Shown here one piece after another: positions 51,476 to 64,000 of a stretch of DNA of 64,000 nucleotides. The notes beneath the pieces were generated by a model. It ran no database searches. It was not told where the DNA came from and saw nothing but the letters and a program-made list of their open reading frames with translations. The number at the start of each line of letters is the position of its first letter. Position 1 is the stretch's first letter. The stretch is from Octopus bimaculoides (Eukaryota): contig NC_068988.1 of NCBI RefSeq assembly GCF_001194135.2, positions 59,369,604 through 59,433,603 on the forward strand. The letters are read 5' to 3'. A program made the position numbers and the translations under genes.

Positions 51476-54400
51476 CTTTTGCTGCTCTTCTTGCTGTTGT
51501 TACGTTGTTGGTATTGTTCCTGTTCTTGCGGCTGTGATTGAAGTATAATTCGACGCCTTCATTTTATTACAGAATAAAAAATATATATTTGGATTTATGG
51601 GTAATGACAAATCTGATTGACTTGAAACTTCCATCTTTCCTCATCTTCACACCATAGACACACCTTTTGATTCATGTTAGCATGCATGTACATAGTCTCG
51701 TTTAGCATGTCCCAGCAATTTCAAATACTAGTGACGTATATTAGCCCGAAACTTGAAGATTCAGTTTCCCTTTGAACAAATAAAAGCCATTCCAGTGTCC
51801 TCTATAGGAACATACATTAGTAAAATCTTAAGCACAACAAATACTAACAATCGTTACTGTATATAAATCCGAGGTCTGTAGACGCAGCGATCATTGGAAA
51901 TCGAGACAGGAAATCGATTAGTCGAATCTACATGCGTCGCTTAACATTACAGTATTCGTATATTGGCTATATATTATGTCTATAGTAAAAATGACAATTG
52001 ACGTTAGCTTATATAAGTATCAAAGGAATTTACATTTCAATCAGATCGGAAAAATACGAAATAACAGGAGATGGATACGAGATTAAATGGGAGGATAAAT
52101 TTTGAGTTTAACTTCATTATTAACATTTTCGCGTAAGATGATTGTTTATATACATGAGTAGCTGAAATGTGTGGAAGAGGTTCGTATTTCACAATCGCTT
52201 TCTGGTGAAATGTCCGTGGCACGCTATTTTGGTGTGTGTGGTATCTAATACAAGCCAGTGAATTGAATTTTTCATATCGTACAGTGTTTTGTTTTTGGAA
52301 GACTAAAGTGAAATAAAGAGGGCTTTAATATGCACATCAATATTTTTCAACAGATTGTATGTGCCGGTTAGAAAAACTCGTATCAAATTTTACTGGGGGA
52401 AATAAATTACTGAAATTGTTCTAATCAATATTAAGCGGGATATTACAGTTTCCGTGGTATTTCTCAACTGCTCCATTACAATTTACGTACAGTTTGGTAG
52501 CTAAGATCTTCCAGATGTTTAATCTACAGAGGAGTATTTTGCATAGGTTAACTTGAAGAGGAAAGCATCAGTTTGGAAAGCATCTAAATTGGCTGCTTTT
52601 AACCAATGAAATATAATGAGTTTGCACATTGTTAGTAACATCGTTGCAGGGAGAAATCTACACCGCAACAGAGGACTTTCTGGTTTCGCAAGAAACAATA
52701 AATATGAAAGTGAAACCTGACTTATTACCAGTAATATTTTTTATTATCCGACAGATCACCTCTGATTGTGCAGTGTAATGATCTATGGAGTTTCTCAACT
52801 CCGCCTTTTGAATGCCTTGATAGATTTGGCATGTGATTTCTGCCATTTTCGCAAATTTTTTATGTTTGATTTACTGGAATTTAATTGCTATTTATAGTAA
52901 TTCGTGTGAAGCATTGGCTCCTCCAGCGGTTAGACTTTGTTGGTTGATTGAGAATTCATTTAAATATCCATGCATTTCCTTAAATTCTGGAATGAAATAA
53001 GGACCCCACAGTAACTAGTACAAGCTGTCTGAAAGAAAAGTGACTTTAAATGTTGGTTTTAAGTAGTCAAAGGTTTGCTTTATTCGTAGATGTGAGGTGG
53101 CGTCTACGAATAATGCAAACAGGGATCTAGTAGAAAGGAATAATTTCATTCAACTGAAAGACCATTCAATCTTCTCTTCCACTCTATATTAGCATTCACT
53201 ACTTTAGCCCCCAAATTTGCTATAGTACTAGCAATTGTTTTTAATGTTAAATCTGTCCCTGATGAGAAACCAATGATCAAACTATTCAAATTAAATTATT
53301 CCTGTATCTATATCCAGATATTTAACTGAACGTTCACCGCTCATCGCTACTCTTACTTTTCTACAGATCCCCGTATCTAGAACGCTGCAGCCTCCGTTAA
53401 TATAGCTTAGATGTAGGTATGGTGAATGGCTTCTGGAATATTTCCAGATTCATATTAACCAAATACCAAAGCATTACGGTAGATAGAAGGAAAGCGCCAC
53501 CAGAGAGATTGCCTGTCTATGCAGGTGTACTTGGCGATCAATGATTTACTTCTAGAATTATTATCATATTATTAAGTATGAAGATTTACGATATACTCAA
53601 GAAGCAAACACTCAAACTTGGGAAACTGAAATAAGCTTCAAGGTCCTATATTCTATATTGATTTTCAGGTTGTCTTTTGTCCACTGAAGATGGTATTATA
53701 TGTTTCCCGAAGGTAGCATTGAAATTCATTCAACGGAAATGCCCTCAGGGTGGCTTTAGTTGATTTACTCTTATAATATAGAATGCTCGCAAATTGCTAA
53801 AAATATATCTTAGAGACAATGGTTGGGCCACCATATATCGTCTTTGATGAAAAGATGCATTGCAGTTTACAGAAAGTGTATTTTACATATAAGAATATCG
53901 TTTATTCTGAGATGTAACATTGAACCTTTTACTTCTTTCAATATCCATAGTTTATTTAAATTTCCTGTTACTCGATAACAATCTATTACGATTTAAGAAA
54001 ATAAGAATTCCTTCGGGTACAAAACAGCAACAAATTTTATTTTTTAAATAACGCTACATTGTAATTCAAGTCTTAATGTTATTAAAAATTAGCACGTTTT
54101 CTGTTCAGGGAAATTTATTTAAATATATCGATCAGACAGGTGAGAATATACAAACAAGATGAAGACGTACGACATGCTCAATAAGAAATTTTATATAAAT
54201 CTAATTTGAAATGTAAATTATTTTCGTTCACCCCTTGAGAAATTTTATGAGAATTACTAATTTATAAGATGGAAAGATCTCCAAAGTTTCACTGATCAGT
54301 ATCAGTTTAAAAATTAAGGCACGCATNNNNNNNNNNNNNNNNNNNNNNNNNNNNNNNNNNNNNNNNNNNNNNNNNNNNNNNNNNNNNNNNNNNNNNNNNN

Positions 54401-54821
54401 NNNNNNNNNNNNNNNNNNNNNNNNNNNNNNNNNNNNNNNNNNNNNNNNNNNNNNNNNNNNNNNNNNNNNNNNNNNNNNNNNNNNNNNNNNNNNNNNNNNN
54501 NNNNNNNNNNNNNNNNNNNNNNNNNNNNNNNNNNNNNNNNNNNNNNNNNNNNNNNNNNNNNNNNNNNNNNNNNNNNNNNNNNNNNNNNNNNNNNNNNNNN
54601 NNNNNNNNNNNNNNNNNNNNNNNNNNNNNNNNNNNNNNNNNNNNNNNNNNNNNNNNNNNNNNNNNNNNNNNNNNNNNNNNNNNNNNNNNNNNNNNNNNNN
54701 NNNNNNNNNNNNNNNNNNNNNNNNNNNNNNNNNNNNNNNNNNNNNNNNNNNNNNNNNNNNNNNNNNNNNNNNNNNNNNNNNNNNNNNNNNNNNNNNNNNN
54801 NNNNNNNNNNNNNNNNNNNNN

Positions 54822-54874
<53 letters not shown>

Positions 54875-55302
54875 ATGCACATATGTATATATATAAATAT
54901 ACATACGCATATATACATACATATATGTACGTACTTACGTATATATGCATATACATATGCATATATGGGCACAGGACGTCGCAGAACGTAAACAACATGA
55001 CATACGAAATACGAAAACATGCAGTATGACCTTTTTTTTCGATTCACGAAGGAAATGAATGGAAAACAAGACAAGCAATTAAAGAATGCTGTGAATTGCT
55101 CGAACTACGGAGTAGAAAAACAGGTGTCAGCTGATGAAGAGTCGTCCGTTTTGTTGCTTGTTTTGTATTCCATTTGTCTGTTTCGTTGTTCGCAAAAAAG
55201 TACGTATTCCATGTTTTCGAATTTCGTATTTTATGTTGTTTACGTTCTGCGACGACCTGTGCCCACGCATACATATGTATATACATATATATGTAAGTAT
55301 GT

Positions 55303-55348
<46 letters not shown>
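54822..55348. mobile_element. Palindromic element of the 34-35 kb family, between TA repeats and gaps
   Basis: TGGGCACAGG.CGTCGCAGAACGTAAACAACAT (from 54966) is inverted at ~55232-55265; arms ~115 bp, and the symmetry extends into the flanking CA/TA sequence. Confidence 0.85.
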
Positions 55349-56927
55349 NNNNNNNNNNNNNNNNNNNNNNNNNNNNNNNNNNNNNNNNNNNNNNNNNNNN
55401 NNNNNNNNNNNNNNNNNNNNNNNNNNNNNNNNNNNNNNNNNNNNNNNNNNNNNNNNNNNNNNNNNNNNNNNNNNNNNNNNNNNNNNNNNNNNNNNNNNNN
55501 NNNNNNNNNNNNNNNNNNNNNNNNNNNNNNNNNNNNNNNNNNNNNNNNNNNNNNNNNNNNNNNNNNNNNNNNNNNNNNNNNNNNNNNNNNNNNNNNNNNN
55601 NNNNNNNNNNNNNNNNNNNNNNNNNNNNNNNNNNNNNNNNNNNNNNNNNNNNNNNNNNNNNNNNNNNNNNNNNNNNNNNNNNNNNNNNNNNNNNNNNNNN
55701 NNNNNNNNNNNNNNNNNNNNNNNNNNNNNNNNNNNNNNNNNNNNNNNNNNNNNNNNNNNNNNNNNNNNNNNNNNNNTATATATATATATATATATATATA
55801 TGCAATATAAACATAAACATGTAATTGAGTGCATTTAGGTCCGTACGTTTATCCGCATACTAATAATACTACATTGAGGAGCCATCCTTAACTGCTTATG
55901 TAACCAGTCGTTCAATACACGGGTAATGAGTAGAACTTAAGTCGCGTTCAATTCAAGGACATTACTGAATTTCATACTTTCTCCTTCCACCGGTAACAGT
56001 TTTAATTCTTTTTCAGTAATATTGTCTAGAATACAAAGTACTTCGCAACGCGCGCGCGCGCGCGCGCGTGTGTGTGCATTTGTGTGTGTATGCATATGTG
56101 TATATGCGCGCGAGCCTGGTTTAGTCATTCGTCTTTTTTCTTGCCATCATAAGCTAGTTCTACTTCAATAACATACCGCAGGCAAATCGGCAAAAGAAAT
56201 GAAAAAGAACTTTAAGATTATGAAAATAATAAGATATATATCTTTGACATTTTTATTTTAGTTGTTTCAGTCATCTATCGTTACACCTCACGAGACTTTG
56301 GTTCCTGAGATTACTGTAAAAATCGCTGATCTATGTGCCAGGAAGTAGGGGTGAAGCCAAAAGCTTATGCTAGCGAAGCATGCTACCTAATCACGTCTGC
56401 GCTCATTTAAAATTACACTATCTTAAAAAAGTGGAGAATTATTTAGTAAAACTTGCTAAAATGCATGTAGTGTTGCATTTTTGAGATTACCTCTCGTAGA
56501 TTGTTTTAAATTCCCAAATAGCTATTCAGACTGAAATCGGTCTATCTCACAATTTCACATGCATCAAGAGGAAATATATTTCATAATAAATTAAAGTGGG
56601 GGAGACATTCACCAGGCAGGTTTATTTTGCTATTTAATGACGTGATTGAACAATTAATGGAAGTGAATTTCACTGAAACATCTCGGGTTGAGATTTTAAA
56701 GATATTCGTGCGGAAAAAAGCCACTTTCAATGTATCATACAATGCAGAAACAGTGTATATAGGTAGCGACGAATGACAGCATAAAGGAATTATTCATTGT
56801 TGTTTTATGCATCAATGTGTACTTATTAACGTGTCATAAGCGTCACAAATACTCACTGAATAATTACGCAAGAATTTGCTTATCAAACTAAATATGTATT
56901 AATATTTCTTCCTCTATTTTTTTTTTT

Positions 56928-57100
56928 AGAGTGGCAAGCTGTCAGAATCGTTAGCACGCCGAGGAAAATGCTTAGCGACATTTCATCCGGCTTTACAACC
57001 TGATTTCAAATTCCACTTGAGTTTTGCTTTGTCGTCCAACTCTTCGATAGAAATTTATACCAGTTGAAAATTGGGGTCGATGTAAACGATCTACCACTCA
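56928..57100 (+). mobile_element. Old degenerate tRNA-derived SINE
   Basis: GTGGCAAGCTGTCAGAATCGTTAGCACGCCGAGGAAAATGCTTAGCG...TTTCAAATTCC...TGGGGTCGATGTAA aligns to 6160-6390. Confidence 0.8.
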
Positions 57101-58716
57101 TTCAAAATCGTTCGCATTGTAACAAAATTTGATATAGGTATGTATTGCATTGTTTAGCGTGGCGTGCAGTTCGAATTGCTAACACACAGAGCAAAGTGAT
57201 TCGCGACATGTCCGCCATGTTTACGCTGTGAGTTCAGGGCAGCTTCAACTTTCAGAGTCAATACAATGATTACAGGCAGAGCACTGGTGTCGATACATTC
57301 AACTGCACTCCTCCACGGAAATGTTTTGGCTTGTGCCATCATTTGAAACCCGTATGTATTAATTTCTCTATAAACTTTAAAGCCCTCACTTCTTTCTGCG
57401 ATATAGTCTCTAGAAGTGTTTTATCTAAAGTGATTGTTAGTATTATAATGAATATGAACTCTCCTCAATCTAATTAATCATGATAAGGTAAAAATATTAT
57501 TAAAGCATATTTAGACAGGATATTTTATGACACTGTAAATGAATTAGTCTAGATTATCGAGTTAATTTCGAGAATTCATCTCTTGCGTTTATTTGTTTTT
57601 GGGCGTATAAAGAAAACAATGTCACCATTATTCTGACCCGGATTTGAAGAGGTCATAAGCGAATTAGCTCTTGATTGAATAGCAGTTGTTTATATGGTTA
57701 AGACGTACGGAACTTAGAGAAAAGCTGGTTCACCAGAAAGAGGTCCACCAGCTTTCACATAAGACAACCAAAATTCGAAAATATTATATTGACCTTGTGT
57801 CTCAAGAGGACGTTCGGGGAGCTGGGGACAAGCCGATTACATTACAAGCAAGGTAAAAAGTCAGAAAGCTGCTGACTTTTCCACAGATATTCTTAATCGC
57901 TAATAACAGTAGGCGTATTAGATGATGAAACAGGGAGAAAGAGACAGACAGACAGGGGAGAAAGCGAGAAAGAAAGAAAATCAGGATATAAGGTGACTGA
58001 CTAGGAATTTTGTTTTTGTTTTGTTTTGCAAATTACACAGATAAATGCATCCACGGAAATATGGAGTAGTATTTAATGATTTCTTGAGTTCCTTAAAACA
58101 AATTTACAACACACGTGGAGATATGGCAAAAGATACAAATCACGACAGTCGAAATAGAGTAGTAAGCCAATAAGTTTATATTGGAAATAAATGTTTCGTT
58201 TGTTTCTCACGAAAACGACTCTCATTTACTGGAGGATAGCGAGAAATTGAAGAATCAATATACTTACTATTAATTGTATCAGTGGAGCGGTTTGAAATAA
58301 AAAGACAGAGTTTATTTTTTGTTGTAGGTATCCTTTATTTGTTTTCGTTGCTCTGTATTTAACGAGAAGACCATTTATTAAGTTTTTTGGGAAATACCGC
58401 GCCTCCTTTCTAGCGATGTCAGATATATGAGAAAATATAGGCACTATAACGGAAAACATATAAGCACAGGACAAGGACACAGACAAGCAACGCGTTTACA
58501 CACATTCATTGACTACCGTTTGCCTTCTTTTATTCTTCCTCTTTTTGCCTCTTCCCTTCCCTCTCTCACACTCTCTCCTGCTCCCACACTCATACACACA
58601 TACATTCAAATAAAGTATTCCAATTCATCCATTTATAAATTTTATATGGTAAATTATGTATCCATTATTTCTTAATTTGTTTTTGTGTTTACAGCAAGCG
58701 TTGTGGTAGCACTGAC

Positions 58717-58772
<56 letters not shown>

Positions 58773-60997
58773 CGTGTGTGTACAGACGCTTATTCAATAC
58801 ATTTCATTTACAATTTCCCTATGATAACCTTATTATATTCATTTTGAAACGCGATGGAACGTTTGGTATGCAAAATGTATGATTCAGAATAGTAAAATGA
58901 AATTATTGGTGGCTCCAATGAAATTTATTTATATTAAATTATAAAAATCCAGTAGATCGTACAAATACAATTGCACGAATTAATCAGTAGAATGGCAAAT
59001 TCATCCAAGAAATATAGTTTATGTATGAAACAGAGTTTATGAAAACGCGTCTAATGAATCCATTATAAGTTAGCAAAACTTGCAAACATAAACATATTTA
59101 CACATAATACGCGCAAAAACTGATGTATTTATATAAATTTATTTGCTTTTGCGCTTCTGTTCTAAGGCCATATGTAAATATTTTCATATGAGAGTAACAG
59201 AAAGTAAGTATTCACCAACTACACACATAACATTTTATAGAATATTAAATCGCCAAGACACAAGACCCTTTCTTCCTGTCTGGCTCCATACGTTTATCAA
59301 GCTTTAGTAATATGGACAAAGAAATAGGTGTTCGTGTGAAGAGAGGCGGTTGTGAGGAGAATAAGTATTAGCAGCAGATGCTGAATTAAATACATATGTG
59401 AATACGTTGGAATTGACAGAGACGAGTAGAGACACAAAGGAAAATAGAAGAGTGACAGGATTTATAGAAGTTCAAAATTAAACTCTCACTCCTTCGTCCG
59501 AGGCAAGGACAACGGTGTTTCGAGTGTCTATAAGATGAATCTTTCACACTTTTACTCACCATCATATATTTATANNNNNNNNNNNNNNNNNNNNNNNNNN
59601 NNNNNNNNNNNNNNNNNNNNNNNNNNNNNNNNNNNNNNNNNNNNNNNNNNNNNNNNNNNNNNNNNNNNNNNNNNNNNNNNNNNNNNNNNNNNNNNNNNNN
59701 NNNNNNNNNNNNNNNNNNNNNNNNNNNNNNNNNNNNNNNNNNNNNNNNNNNNNNNNNNNNNNNNNNNNNNNNNNNNNNNNNNNNNNNNNNNNNNNNNNNN
59801 NNNNNNNNNNNNNNNNNNNNNNNNNNNNNNNNNNNNNNNATATATTTACAGAGGACTAAATAAATCATACATTCAGTTGTGAGAGGAAAAAGATTGATTC
59901 ACTTTTCCCTATGCTTCAACATTTTCACCATGCAGTATCACTTTCACCATGCTAAATTATACTTCTATGATTTCTTCAACACATATATTAAGTGTTATAC
60001 AAATCGACTGAATATTCATGAATTACTGCAAAGAAAGAAAGCTTACTAATCGGATCACCTTCACGTGGATGTTACAAGTACGAATGAACTTACAAAATCT
60101 AAGATACTTGTACAGAAAGAAAGAGAGAAAAAGAAAGAGTGAAGAATGAAATACGTGAGGGAGTCACTGTGTAAAAAACGAAAAAGAAATAATTGCGAGG
60201 AAATGGGGACAGAAATAAATATCAATCTAGTTGGTTTTGGTATGTCTGTTCACGTGTGAACCCTTTCACTTATGCTCTGTTGGGGAACACAAGGAATGAG
60301 TATGTCTTACCGTATATTCCCTTAGAAGTTTGAATATATAGTTTGCATACTGTAAGAGAAGTGTTACGACCAGACGATAAAACACGGAAATTATAGTCAA
60401 CCATGAATTAATTCTCAGTTACAAAGAAACTCTTGGATGTCGGTTTATAGAATGAAGGAGAAAATTATCAAAGAAAACTCCTTAATATAAATTACGAAAG
60501 TGTAGTAGAGCTGTAAAACATGATTAAGAAGAGACAGAAACAAGTTTTGCGATTAAATTACTAAATAATAAAATAAAATGTATGATACAAAAAGAAACAC
60601 GAAAAGAAAACGGAACAGAAATTAAAGCAAAAATATTAAGAATTAATCAAATGAAACAAATTACATCTATCGATTTTCACGGGTACTAGATACTTATTAA
60701 GATATAACAGCCATTCTGTGGCAATATGTTAGACTGGGTATGAGACAAAAATGTAATTGTTGAACGTCATTCCAATTTGCGTTCAGTTATTTTGTGTAGC
60801 TTCGATATATTTCTTTTGATTTTCTATAGCCTATAATCAAATCTCCCTCTCTCTCTCTCTCCCTCTCTCTCTCCCTCTCTCTTTCCCTCTCTCTCTCCTT
60901 CTCTCTCTCCCTCTCTCTCTCCCTCTCTCCCTCTCTCCCTCCCTCCATCCCTCCCTCCCCCTCTCTCTCTTTCTCTCTCTCTCCCTTTCACTGTATG

Positions 60998-61275
60998 CGA
61001 GGGGGTACCCAAAAGTAACCGGAAATATTCTCTGTGGGATAAGCCAGAAACCACTTAGACGCAGAAGCATCAGTCTGCCGAGCAGCGTTGTTTTCTGGGA
61101 TCGTACTATCACATGGTGCGTCTTTGTTTTGAGGAATCATGCCGTCGTGTGGTGTCTCTTTGTTGTGTAGTGCTTATCCCCTGTTCGTCGATTTCTGCAA
61201 TGGACGAAACGAAGGAACGCAATGCTTCCGTGAAATTCAGTATTTTTCTGGGAAGTAGTAGCAACATGAGCGGAG
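60998..61275 (+). mobile_element. Mariner 5' end (TIR and start of transposase), cut off by (AGT)n
   Basis: TIR-like CGAGGGGGTACCCAAAAGTAACCGGAA; MDETKERNASVKFSIFLG from 61200 resembles the mariner N-terminus EQRA.VKFC..LGK. Confidence 0.7.
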
Positions 61276-61283
61276 CAGCAGCC

Positions 61284-61348
<65 letters not shown>

Positions 61349-61352
61349 TGTT

Positions 61353-61386
<34 letters not shown>

Positions 61387-62790
61387 CAGCAGCAGTAATG
61401 CTGAAAGTTATTGCACGTCTCTAACATCCACATACGTCTATGCAAGTTTGAACATCATATTGTGAATATATATGCTTCGATATTTTATATCATTCTCTCA
61501 CTGTTCATTTTATTCTTAATTTTATTTTTCAATGTGAATTTCATAGTAAACAGTTATATAATGAATATTCTCTATATATGTTTCCCGAAATCCCTATTAA
61601 ATACAAGTTTAGAGAATAGTTACGATGTCAATATTTACTCATAATCAATGAAGCAAAAATTTAATTATTTGCTGGAATGATTTACAATTCAATATTAATG
61701 TTTTTAGGTCATTTGAATTTTACTGGCGACACAGATCTCTCTGCAATTTCCGATCAAGAAATTAAATAACTGTTAAATGTACCGAACACTGAAATAAACA
61801 AGCCGATAGTAAATCTGCGAATGAAAAAGAAACATGCATGTTCAATTGGCAAGGAACAAGTAATCAAAATTAACTTTTACCCTATAATTGTTTCTAGCAG
61901 AACAAGAAAACCACAATGAATGAAATGTTTTTCAGTTTGTTAGCCTATTGGTTATTGCTCAACGTTAGTTCCCTATGCCCTCTAGTTTCCCAATTTTAGC
62001 TATTTACATTATTTCATCAGTAACATAAATCTTAATCAGTTAGATTAATTTCCCTCTATTCAAAAGCTTTCACGTAACATATACTTAAACTACAAATAGT
62101 AATACAAGCTTTGTCCATTCACAGAAAGCTCTGCAGATATATAAGCTTGTTTGTGCTGTTATGTCTATATATGGGTGGGTATGTGGGGTGTATGTACATA
62201 TATGTACGTATGTATAGGTATGTATACAATTATGATATTATTTTATTTCTAAAAATTCCTTCTTAAAATTTCGAAAAATTTTATTATGCGTTTCGTCACT
62301 CTTGAAGAATAAATGCCAAATGAAAAAGTTCAAAGTTGAATAGTTTTAAAAGTCGTTTCCCAAAATTTGTCTATGTTAGATGATTATGTGTTGTCTAAGC
62401 CAGACACAAGTTTCAGAAATATAGAAATAATTTTTTTCCGTGCTCCAATGATTATCTCATAACAAAATGTTCATAATACTTCGCATACCTCAATCGCATT
62501 TCACATACAGAAGGGTAATAGGAAATAATTTTATTGTAGAATTTATTCAGCTGCAAACTATCAAATGTCATCGACAAAGTTAATCATTTTCTTCATATTC
62601 AAGAAGTGATGGGAAAATCAGAGAAAAACTACTGAACATTTAATTTCAGAATGTGATTATTACTATTTGTTTTTAAAAACTTTCGGTTGTCTGGCTTCGA
62701 ACATGCGCAAACCTAGTTTATGTAATGATCAGTAATACACATATATGAATGTATATATATATATGTATATGTGTGTGAATGTGTGTATAC

Positions 62791-62867
<77 letters not shown>

Positions 62868-63492
62868 TATATGTATATATATATATGTGTGTATAAGTCT
62901 CTGTGTCTGAGTTTGTGTGTGTGCGTGCGCGTACGTATAAGTGTACATACGAAAACATGGGTGATTATTTGAATGACAGAATTTACATAGTCACTTTTAG
63001 GTAAACAATATTTCCACTGTTTAGCATTGCACACCTAATAAAATTATCATTATGACAGTTCACTAGACATTATGTGTATAGTAATTTATATAATATGTAT
63101 GCATATTCACGCACAAACACGCACACACAGACAAAAATCCATACATGTATACACACAAAAGGAAGTATACACAGACAAGTATGTCAGTAACACATATGCA
63201 CACATATCCACGCACTGATACACGCGCGCACATATATAGATGTGTTACTGCATGGTTATACTTACAATTTCACTATTGTTTGCATTTCAGAATATTTTCC
63301 GGCCGCGTGCATGCCTTTTGTTTTCATGAGAAATTTGCATCTGTTAAATATTTCCTACCAGAAAACTTTGCAAATGTCTTTCTGGCAATATGTAAAATGG
63401 TATAATCTAAATGAAATTCATTTAAGTTTGATGGAACAAAAAAATGCGCAAAATCTATGCACGCACACAAACACACGCATACATACACACAT

Positions 63493-63537
<45 letters not shown>

Positions 63538-63634
63538 AACACAGACACGCACACAAACACATGCACCTATATATGTAAGCATGGAAAGAAATTTGCTTTC
63601 CAACCACTTTGTACTTGAATCAGGTGTCTATTTC

Positions 63635-63705
63635 TGTAGCCTCCGGCCGATCATATCCTTGTGAGTGAATCTGGAAGACAGAAACTAAAGGAAGCTCCAC
63701 GTATA
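63635..63705 (+). repeat. Probable SINE 3' fragment
   Basis: CCTTGTGAGTGAATCTGGAAGACAGAAACTAAAGGAAGCTCC followed by a TA-rich tail; recognised from general familiarity only. Confidence 0.35.
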
Positions 63706-63716
63706 TAAATGTATGA

Positions 63717-63752
<36 letters not shown>

Positions 63753-64000
63753 CTATGGACGGACGGTAGACGTGTCGGCTCTGTAAGTTTTGCCTTTTTC
63801 ATGTTTTAAAAAGTTTGTTTGTAAAATTTATTTTATATACAAAGTTGTATAACAACTTGTAGACTCTCTGGTGCAAGTTTTTTGCGACGGAAATCTGCCC
63901 TGTGTGGCACATTTCCAGGATATAAAAACCAATCTCGGCTTTCTAGCCATTTTTTTTTGAGACGATGGCGTCTTGTAGCCATGAAAATTTTTGTGAAACG

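Larger units (their letters stand above)
1..64000. other. Window-wide simple repeats and assembly gaps
   Basis: (TA)n, (CA)n, (GA)n, (AGAT)n and trinucleotide runs throughout; major N gaps at 61-1010, 10290-11059, 24842-25142, 54327-54821, 55349-55776, 59575-59839, mostly bordered by (TA)n. Confidence 0.95.

Noticed and set aside
56325-56402. Very degenerate SINE-head-like sequence on the minus strand
   Set aside because: Similarity too weak to support by eye
57719-57758. Hairpin GAAAGCTGGT...CCAGCTTTC
   Set aside because: Isolated 9-bp stem with no supporting context
63291-63400. Acceptor plus open frames
   Set aside because: Weak donor and unrecognisable peptide; not distinguishable from chance

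Overview
AT-rich, microsatellite-dense eukaryotic scaffold with many N-gaps, almost all beside (TA)n runs. The repeat content (tRNA-derived SINEs, R4/Dong and Tx1 LINE relics, mariners) looks like a cephalopod, probably Octopus; this is inference. No intact protein-coding gene, rRNA, tRNA or CRISPR array is supported, and nearly all listed ORFs are microsatellite or N artefacts. Recognisable content is decayed mobile DNA: five R4/Dong LINE fragments, an L1/Tx1 RT fragment, three mariners, a DD37D-type transposase, a Helitron PIF1 fragment, a Penelope-like element (PLE) with a GIY-YIG endonuclease, SINEs, and a MITE containing telomeric repeats. The main observation is a set of type I hammerhead ribozyme (HHR) motifs in several sequence-unrelated non-coding elements. 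Five share one variant layout: CUGAUGA + extra A / stem II / extra purine + GAAA. One lies just 3' of the PLE endonuclease, one has a ~380-nt loop II, and several sit inside inverted duplications. This suggests non-autonomous, HHR-bearing, PLE-dependent (retrozyme-like) elements. A few candidate isolated exons are noted at low confidence. All structures were parsed by eye; none were computed.
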